Shown piece after piece: positions 24,710 to 30,973 of a stretch of DNA of 37,757 nt (positions are counted from its first letter, which is position 1; the number at the start of each line of letters is the position of its first letter). Under the pieces are notes generated by a model. It did no database searches. It was not told the DNA's origin and saw only the letters and a program-made list of their open reading frames with translations. Both the position numbers and the translations under genes were made by a program. Source of the DNA: a virus; IMG/VR virus record IMGVR_UViG_3300045988_090449. One strand, written 5' to 3'.

Positions 24710-25206
24710 TAATTCTCCTCATTTTTATCTATCATCAAGTCAATCATTTTAATTATTGCATCCATTTGCTCTTCATTTAAATCTTCAGCCTTTCTGGCTA
24801 TGAGCTTTTGATTGTTGGATTGGATGTATTGTTTTCTAAAATATGGATAGTAATTTTCAACAAATGTATATATGTTGTAGTAATCATAACTTCCATTTAA
24901 TTTTCTAATAGCTATTTCAAAATTTTTATCCATATCTATTTCATAGCTATATCCCCAACTCTCTAATTCTTCAAGTATTTCTGGGAGCTGTTCGAGTGGA
25001 TCAAAATTTTCTATTAACATCTCGATTGGAATTTCTAATGCGTTACATAGTTTTAGAACATTTTCAACATTACTTTTTAATATATTCCCATTGAGCATAT
25101 CTCTTAGAGTAGTATATTTTATCCCAGCAGCTTCGGAACATGCTTTTAGATTTCCATATTTTTGCTTAATTTTTTCCTTAATTATTCTGATAGTATCTTC
25201 GTCCAT
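24709..25206 (-). CDS. immR: cI/ImmR-like XRE-family HTH repressor (no S24 peptidase domain)
   Basis: N-terminal HTH (LKACSEAAGIKYTTLRDMLNGN). Divergent from the cro-like gene. Followed by ImmA. Confidence 0.75.
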   Translation of the reverse strand: MDEDTIRIIKEKIKQKYGNLKACSEAAGIKYTTLRDMLNGNILKSNVENVLKLCNALEIPIEMLIENFDPLEQLPEILEELESWGYSYEIDMDKNFEIAIRKLNGSYDYYNIYTFVENYYPYFRKQYIQSNNQKLIARKAEDLNEEQMDAIIKMIDLMIDKNEEN

Positions 25207-25226
25207 GTCACACCTCCGTTTTATTT

Positions 25227-25255
25227 ATTATATACGATATAACGTTATATTTCAA
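25227..25255 (-). promoter_or_regulatory. Leftward (lysogenic) promoter TTGAAA-17-TATAAT
   Basis: On the minus strand: TTGAAA (plus-strand 25250..25255), an exact 17-nt spacer, then TATAAT (25227..25232). Located ~20 nt upstream of the repressor ATG. Confidence 0.6.
25232..25250. promoter_or_regulatory. Operator-like palindrome in the leftward promoter spacer
   Basis: ATATAACGTTATAT (25237..25250) is a perfect 14-bp palindrome. The overlapping ATACG-N6-CGTTAT resembles the second operator. Confidence 0.5.
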
Positions 25256-25307
25256 TTAAAAATATTTTTAAATCGTAAAAAAATATAAAAAATTACGGTA
25301 AAGCGTA

Positions 25308-25336
25308 TTGTATATTATGATTAAGTACGCTATAAT
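25308..25336 (+). promoter_or_regulatory. Rightward (lytic/early) promoter TTGTAT-17-TATAAT
   Basis: TTGTAT at 25308..25313, a 17-nt spacer, and TATAAT at 25331..25336. Flanked by the inverted AGCGTA/TACGCT arms. Confidence 0.6.
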
Positions 25337-25354
25337 GTATTTAACAAGAAAAAC

Positions 25355-25370
25355 ATACGACATATCGTAT
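25355..25370. promoter_or_regulatory. Operator-like inverted repeat ATACGA-CATA-TCGTAT downstream of the rightward promoter
   Basis: Perfect 6-bp arms with a 4-bp spacer. Located between the -10 element and the cro-like SD. Confidence 0.5.
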
Positions 25371-25390
25371 AAGATAATCGGAGGTGTACT

Positions 25391-25627
25391 ATGTACAAAA
25401 ACTTAGCTCATGAAATGAAGCAAAGAAAAGTATCACAATTGATGTTATCAAATCTATTAGACGTAAGACCTGCTACGGTTTCAGACAAAATAAATGGAAA
25501 TAGTAAATTTTATTTTGATGAGGCTTTGAGGGTCAAGAAAGTATTTTTTGATAACTTGGACATTGAGTACTTATTTAAAACAGATGAATGTGAAGATGAG
25601 TTGTTCAGTCCCGAATACTATAAATAG
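25391..25627 (+). CDS. Cro-like XRE-family HTH regulator
   Basis: HTH (VSQLMLSNLLDVRPATVSDKINGN). GGAGGTG SD. Divergent from the repressor gene. Confidence 0.7.
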   Translation: MYKNLAHEMKQRKVSQLMLSNLLDVRPATVSDKINGNSKFYFDEALRVKKVFFDNLDIEYLFKTDECEDELFSPEYYK

Positions 25628-25641
25628 CCAAGGAGATAACA

Positions 25642-25803
25642 ATGCTAGAAGTAGGTAGTAAATTTGAATTTAACGGTTTCAAGATTACCGTTATAAAAAG
25701 CGATAAGCCACAAAAAGCAAACATTGAGAGGGTTGCAGATATTATGGCCAAGGATCTTTATGAAGGAGTGTTAAAAGGTAAGTATGGAAAAAAGAAAATC
25801 TGA
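25642..25803 (+). CDS. Hypothetical early protein (53 aa, not in ORF track)
   Basis: AGGAGA SD 5 nt upstream of ATG 25642, with stop TGA at 25801-3. Sequence: MLEVGSKFEFNGFKITVIKSDKPQKANIERVADIMAKDLYEGVLKGKYGKKKI. Confidence 0.45.
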   Translation: MLEVGSKFEFNGFKITVIKSDKPQKANIERVADIMAKDLYEGVLKGKYGKKKI

Positions 25804-26011
25804 TTTCAACGATAGAGTTTGGAATGATATTAAAAGAGAAAATAAAAAGATTAATGCAGATGATAGTAAAAAACCAAAACAATGCTTAATTAAAAAGAGC
25901 AAATCTGATGATTATGTTTTAACTTTTATGTTTGCATTGAAGATTATTAACAGGGTATTAACTGCATTTATCCTATGGAATTTGTTAGTAATTACAGGAA
26001 GGATGCTTTAG
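25784..26011 (+). CDS. Hypothetical small membrane protein (basic N-terminus, C-terminal TM region)
   Basis: Hydrophobic C-terminal stretch YVLTFMFALKIINRVLTAFILWNLLVITG. Overlaps the upstream ORF by 20 nt. Confidence 0.4.
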   Translation: MEKRKSDFNDRVWNDIKRENKKINADDSKKPKQCLIKKSKSDDYVLTFMFALKIINRVLTAFILWNLLVITGRML

Positions 26012-26194
26012 ATGAAGATTTATAATGTTAAAGCACAAATAATCGTTACAGAGGGTTGTATGACTGAGTTTTATGATAACGATCCACAAAAAGTATGTGA
26101 TGAAATTAGAAGAGTTATGTATAAAAAGTATGTGATGAAATTAGAAGAGTTATGTATAAAATGTATGACACTAAAAATGTGGGTATGGCCATAA
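26012..26194 (+). CDS. Hypothetical early protein whose C-terminus is frameshifted by a 35-bp tandem duplication
   Basis: The ORF abuts the previous stop (TAGATG). Translation reads KVCDEIRRVMYKK from repeat copy 1, then a different frame (YVMKLEELCIK) from copy 2. Confidence 0.4.
   Translation: MKIYNVKAQIIVTEGCMTEFYDNDPQKVCDEIRRVMYKKYVMKLEELCIKCMTLKMWVWP
26091..26160. repeat. Perfect 35-bp tandem duplication (2 copies)
   Basis: AAGTATGTGATGAAATTAGAAGAGTTATGTATAAA occurs at 26091..26125 and identically at 26126..26160. Confidence 0.95.
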
Positions 26195-26215
26195 ACAGAT
26201 TAAAGGTTGAACTAG

Positions 26216-26449
26216 ATGAAATATAGGCAATGGCAAGAGGCAAGAGATCCACATGGCCACAAAGGTTTTAGATATAGGTCATGGAAAGAAGAACAACACG
26301 GACTCAGAATGATGAACGCAATAAAGCGTGAATGGCTTAATAAATTAGAAAAACGTGATGATGCTGTTCTGTTGAGAGCAGAAGTGTTTAGGATTTGTGC
26401 TAGAGAAGGAGTATTAGGTGAAAAAAGATTATTCTCCAAAAAGGACTAG
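26216..26449 (+). CDS. Hypothetical early protein (77 aa, basic)
   Basis: ORF with a weak AAAGG SD. Locally higher GC than its neighbours. No recognised motif. Confidence 0.4.
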   Translation: MKYRQWQEARDPHGHKGFRYRSWKEEQHGLRMMNAIKREWLNKLEKRDDAVLLRAEVFRICAREGVLGEKRLFSKKD

Positions 26450-26600
26450 TAAAGATGTTGTATGTGTAATTTGTGGAAGAAGCATATCAAGTGATGATTT
26501 GACATATAAGATTGGTTTCAAAGGTGGTGGATGTGCTTACGTTCACAACACTTGCTGGAGATATAAGGAAAAGGGAGATTTTAAAAATGACAGCAATTGA
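26418..26600 (+). CDS. Small Cys-rich (zinc-ribbon-like) protein
   Basis: GTG start 6 nt after GAAGGAG. Motif CVICG...(20 aa)...CAYVHNTCW, paralogous to the N-terminus of the next ORF. Confidence 0.5.
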   Translation: MKKDYSPKRTSKDVVCVICGRSISSDDLTYKIGFKGGGCAYVHNTCWRYKEKGDFKNDSN

Positions 26601-27171
26601 GTGCGAAAGAATTTGCAAATGCTCTATTTGTGGCGGAATTATTTATGTTAGAAATCCATGCCATGTAATTACACATAATGACGCAAGCAGTTCTTATGTG
26701 CATGAGGATTGCTGGAAAGGATTAAAAAAAGAAATAAACGCTCAATCCTGCAAAGATAATGAGCGCTTATATAATAAACTTCAATTAGATTATAACACAA
26801 AGGAGGATTTTATGGAGTTAAAAATTGTATTTGATGATAAGACACTTGATGTGTTAACAAAGTTAGCTGATAGACTAGGCTGTGGTTGTGTGGATAAGTC
26901 TGAGATTGTACCGAAAGCCACTGATGTTCGTGTTGAAGAAAGTTCAACGGAGAAAAAAGAAGAAAAGAAAGAAACTGCTGTTCCAGTAAGTGAAGTTGCG
27001 TATAGTTTTGAACAACTTCAAGCATGTGCTGGAAAGCTTGTTCAAGAGGGTAAGAGAGAAGAGCTATTCAAGATTATTCAAGATATGGGTATAGTTTCTC
27101 TCCCTCAATTACAAGAAAACCAATATAATGATTTCGCTTTGAAACTTAGAGAAATTGGCGGTGTGTTGTAG
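26587..27171 (+). CDS. Replication-module protein with N-terminal Cys-rich zinc-ribbon-like domain
   Basis: ATG at 26587 after AAGGGAG (the track start at 26512 is an extension). Motif CSICGG...(20 aa)...SYVHEDCW. Acidic linker and helical C-terminus. First gene of the DUF2800/DUF2815/PolA block. Confidence 0.55.
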   Translation: MTAIECERICKCSICGGIIYVRNPCHVITHNDASSSYVHEDCWKGLKKEINAQSCKDNERLYNKLQLDYNTKEDFMELKIVFDDKTLDVLTKLADRLGCGCVDKSEIVPKATDVRVEESSTEKKEEKKETAVPVSEVAYSFEQLQACAGKLVQEGKREELFKIIQDMGIVSLPQLQENQYNDFALKLREIGGVL

Positions 27172-28340
27172 TGCCTGATATTCACGCAAAATTAAGTGCA
27201 AGTGGTGCGCACAGATGGATAAATTGTCCTGGTAGCGTGAGACTCGAAGAAGACTTTCCAGACACTACATCAAGCTATGCAAGAGAAGGAACTTTGGCTC
27301 ATGCTCTTGCTGAGGCTAAGCTTAAAAAGTATTTTACAAAGGGATATGGAAAGAAGGCTTATGACAAGGAAGTTGAGCCTATCAAATCTGATGAGCTTTA
27401 TGACAAGTCTATGGACAGTTATACGGATGTATATTTTGATGAGATAAAAACTAGGGCATTATCATACAAGGAAAGCCCTTTTGTAGCAATAGAGGAAAGG
27501 GTCGATTTTTCAAATTGGGTTCCTGAGGGTTTTGGGACTTGTGACTGTCTTATGATTTACGGAGATACTATGACTGTTATCGATTTGAAATACGGAAAAG
27601 GCGTTGAAGTAGATCCAGAAAACAATCCTCAACTAATGTTGTACGCATTAGGGGCTTACGCTGGATATGGATTTTTGTACAATATCAAGAAAGTTACTTT
27701 GTGTATTGTACAGCCACGAATAGATAATATTAAGTCATGGGATATATCGGCTGAAGACTTACTTGCATTTGGAGAAAGGATAAAACCAATTGCAAAAGAT
27801 GCCTACACTGGTTCAGATAAGTTGTGTCAAGGCGAGCATTGCAGATTTTGTAAGGCTAAAAGCAGATGCCCTGAGAGAGCAAAGGAAATGTTCAAGGCAG
27901 TTGTAGAAATACAACCACTACTTGATAAAAGGATTGAGGGCTTGTTATCAAATGATGATATATCACACTTCTTAAAAGAAAGTACAGGTGTTATCGATTG
28001 GATAAAGGACTTGGAAGATGAAGCCCTAAAAGCAATCCTTGCTGGAGAAGAGATTGACGGATACAAGGCTGTTGAAGGCAGAAGTATTAGAAAGTTTTCT
28101 GATGAGTCAAAGGCTTTATCTACATTGATTGAGTGCGGATATGATGAGTCAGTTTTGTATGAAAGAAAGGCTCTTTCATTATCAAAGTTAGAAAAATTAG
28201 TAGGTAAGAAGGAATTTAACGAATTACTACAAGATGAAATTATTAAACCAAAAGGAAAGCCTACTCTAGTTACAGTAGATGATAAAAGAGATAACTACGT
28301 AGTAAATGATGCAGAGAATATGTTTGAGAAATTAAATTAA
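27171..28340 (+). CDS. DUF2800-family PD-(D/E)XK (Cas4-like) nuclease
   Basis: The hallmark N-terminus HAKLSASGAHRWINCPGS. C-terminal Cys cluster CQGEHCRFCKAKSRC. GTG start overlapping the upstream stop. Confidence 0.75.
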   Translation: MPDIHAKLSASGAHRWINCPGSVRLEEDFPDTTSSYAREGTLAHALAEAKLKKYFTKGYGKKAYDKEVEPIKSDELYDKSMDSYTDVYFDEIKTRALSYKESPFVAIEERVDFSNWVPEGFGTCDCLMIYGDTMTVIDLKYGKGVEVDPENNPQLMLYALGAYAGYGFLYNIKKVTLCIVQPRIDNIKSWDISAEDLLAFGERIKPIAKDAYTGSDKLCQGEHCRFCKAKSRCPERAKEMFKAVVEIQPLLDKRIEGLLSNDDISHFLKESTGVIDWIKDLEDEALKAILAGEEIDGYKAVEGRSIRKFSDESKALSTLIECGYDESVLYERKALSLSKLEKLVGKKEFNELLQDEIIKPKGKPTLVTVDDKRDNYVVNDAENMFEKLN

Positions 28341-28355
28341 AAGGAGATATAAATT

Positions 28356-28940
28356 ATGAGTCAAAAATTAACAACAAGCAAAGTAAGATTAAGTTATGTA
28401 AATGTATTTAAACCAAAGGAAACTAAGCAAGGTGATCTAAAATATTCAGTTACTTGTCTTTTACCTAAGTCAGATGCTAAAGGCTATAAGATGTTAATGG
28501 ATACTATTAATGCTGAATTTGAAGCAGAAAAAAATGGAAAGCTTAAAGGGATTGCAAGTCCTAAAAATCCGGTTCACGATGGTGACGGAGTAAGTCCAAC
28601 TGGAAAAGCATATGGAGATGAGTGTAAGGGACATTGGGTGTTCACAGCAAGCGCATCAAGTGATTACCCACCTGCTATTGTTGATAGAAATGTACAACCA
28701 ATTATCAATCCTACAGAATTATACAGTGGTTGTTATGGCCATGTAGCTTTGAGTATATATGCGTATAATACTGGGTCAACTGGAATTGGATTTGGATTAA
28801 ATGGGATTCAAAAAGTAGAAGACGGAGAAGCTCTTGGCCATAGCTTTAATGCTGAAGATGCTTTCTCAGCAGTTGCAGATAATTCAGATACTCCGTTTGG
28901 AAACAGCGATATAGATCCTCTTACAGGACTTCCACGCTAG
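28356..28940 (+). CDS. DUF2815-family ssDNA-binding-like protein
   Basis: N-terminus TSKVRLSYVNVFKPKE is typical of DUF2815. Position between DUF2800 and PolA. Confidence 0.7.
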   Translation: MSQKLTTSKVRLSYVNVFKPKETKQGDLKYSVTCLLPKSDAKGYKMLMDTINAEFEAEKNGKLKGIASPKNPVHDGDGVSPTGKAYGDECKGHWVFTASASSDYPPAIVDRNVQPIINPTELYSGCYGHVALSIYAYNTGSTGIGFGLNGIQKVEDGEALGHSFNAEDAFSAVADNSDTPFGNSDIDPLTGLPR

Positions 28941-28946
28941 GATATT

Positions 28947-28973
28947 GAGAGGGATTTATCCCTCTCTTTTTTT
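28947..28973 (+). terminator. Strong rho-independent terminator inside the replication module
   Basis: GAGAGGGA-TTTA-TCCCTCTC forms a perfect 8-bp stem followed by T7. Confidence 0.8.
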
Positions 28974-28990
28974 ATCATAGAGGAGGTATT

Positions 28991-30973
28991 ATGAGAGATT
29001 TAAGTATAGATATTGAGACGTACTGCGATGTAGATATTAAGAAGTGTGGGCTATACAGATACGTAAGAGACGATAGCTTTGAAGTTTTATTGTTTGCGTA
29101 TTCTGTAGACTTCAAGGAAGTACAGATTGTGGATTTGAAAAACGGCGAAGAACTTCCAAAAGAAATCATTGAAGCAATGAGAGATGGTAATGTTAATAAG
29201 CACGCGTACAATGCAGCGTTTGAATACAATGCGCTACAGGCCTACGGATTTGACGTCGGGGATAGATTTGCCTGGAAGTGTTCTATGTTTCACGCAATGT
29301 ATTTAGGGTATCCTTCTGGTCTTGCAAATACTGGTGCTGCTTTAAACTTATCTGAAGATAAAAGCAAATCAAATACAGGTAAGGCTTTGATTAGATATTT
29401 TTCAGTGCCATGTAGGCCAACAAAATCGAATAGTGGGAGAAGAAGAAACCTACCAGAACACGATCCAGACAAATGGGCATTGTTCAAAGACTACTGTAAG
29501 CAGGACGTTGTTGCAGAAACGGAGATCTATAAAAGGCTTGCTATGTTTCCAGTGCCAGGTGAGGAGCAACGAATCTGGGTGCTATCAGATGAAATGAATG
29601 CACGTGGAATTGGTGTTGATATGGATCTAGTATTTGGCGCGTTGGAAATCAATGATAAGTTAACTGAAGAGCAGGAAGAAAGAGCAAGAATTATTTCAGA
29701 TGTTCAAAATCCAAACTCAACTAGCCAAATACTAGAATGGATCCAAAAATTTATGCCTGATGTAGATAATGTAAGAAAAGCTACTGTTTCTGATTTGTTA
29801 AGCAGAGATGACCTGCATCCAGATGTCAGAGAATTTTTAGAAATAAGACAAGAGTTATCAAAAACTAGCGTAAAAAAATATGATGCTATTAAGACGTGCG
29901 TATGTGATGATAATAGAGTTCGTGGACTGTTACAAGTTTATGGCGCAAATAGGACTGGACGTTGGGCTGGAAGACTTGTTCAAGTACAAAACCTGCCAAG
30001 AAATTACCTGGTAAATTTACGACTTGCAAGAGACTTGACCAAAAATAGAGATAAAAGGGCGCTTGAAGAGTTATTTGGAAATGCTACGGATACTATTAGT
30101 CAGTTGATTAGAACTGCATTTATACCACAAAACGACAAGAAGTATGTGGTAAGTGACTACTCAGCTATTGAGGCTAGAGTAATTGCGTGGCTTGCTGGGG
30201 AAGAGTGGGTAAACGAAGTATTTAGAACTCACGGCAAGATTTATGAGGCTACTGCTAGTCAGATGTTTAATGTTCCGATTGAGAAGATAAAAAAAGGAAA
30301 TCCTGAGTATTCTTTAAGACAAAAAGGCAAGGTTGCAACTCTTGCACTTGGATATCAAGGTGGCGAAAATGCTCTTATTGCTATGGGTGCAGATAGAATG
30401 GGATTATCTCCTGAAGAATTAACAGAAATAAAGGATAAGTGGAGAGCAGCAAACAAGAATATAGTTAATTTGTGGTATGCGGTTGACAATGCTTGTATCG
30501 ATGCTATTAGAACAGGTATTACTCAATATGTGAACAACAAATTGATTATAAATTATGAAGCTGAGGGAGTTTATGGCCAATCATTTTTAACTATAAGACT
30601 ACCTTCGGGAAGAAAGCTATTCTATCCAAATCCAGAATTAAAAGACAATCAGTTTGACCGTCAGAGTGTTCACTTCGGAGGTATCGGCTTAAATAAAAAA
30701 CTAAAATCAGAATCCACTTACGGCGGTAAGCTGACAGAAAATATTGTTCAAGCTATTGCAAGAGATTGTTTGGCACTGCTACTCGTGAGATTAGACAAGA
30801 AATACCATGATAATCCTGTGGTTATGCATATCCACGACGAGGTTGTACTAGAGTGCGATAAGAGTATTACCGTTGATGAGATTAACGCTGTTATGAGTGA
30901 ACCTATTGATTGGGCTGAGGGACTTGTTCTAAAAGGTGCAGGATTTGAAAATGACTTTTATATGAAGGATTAG
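28991..30973 (+). CDS. Family A DNA polymerase with 3'-5' exonuclease domain
   Basis: - Exo I: SIDIETY.
- Motif A: VVSDYSAIEARVIAW.
- Motif B: RQKGKVATLALGYQGG.
- Motif C: MHIHDEVV. Confidence 0.9.
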   Translation: MRDLSIDIETYCDVDIKKCGLYRYVRDDSFEVLLFAYSVDFKEVQIVDLKNGEELPKEIIEAMRDGNVNKHAYNAAFEYNALQAYGFDVGDRFAWKCSMFHAMYLGYPSGLANTGAALNLSEDKSKSNTGKALIRYFSVPCRPTKSNSGRRRNLPEHDPDKWALFKDYCKQDVVAETEIYKRLAMFPVPGEEQRIWVLSDEMNARGIGVDMDLVFGALEINDKLTEEQEERARIISDVQNPNSTSQILEWIQKFMPDVDNVRKATVSDLLSRDDLHPDVREFLEIRQELSKTSVKKYDAIKTCVCDDNRVRGLLQVYGANRTGRWAGRLVQVQNLPRNYLVNLRLARDLTKNRDKRALEELFGNATDTISQLIRTAFIPQNDKKYVVSDYSAIEARVIAWLAGEEWVNEVFRTHGKIYEATASQMFNVPIEKIKKGNPEYSLRQKGKVATLALGYQGGENALIAMGADRMGLSPEELTEIKDKWRAANKNIVNLWYAVDNACIDAIRTGITQYVNNKLIINYEAEGVYGQSFLTIRLPSGRKLFYPNPELKDNQFDRQSVHFGGIGLNKKLKSESTYGGKLTENIVQAIARDCLALLLVRLDKKYHDNPVVMHIHDEVVLECDKSITVDEINAVMSEPIDWAEGLVLKGAGFENDFYMKD

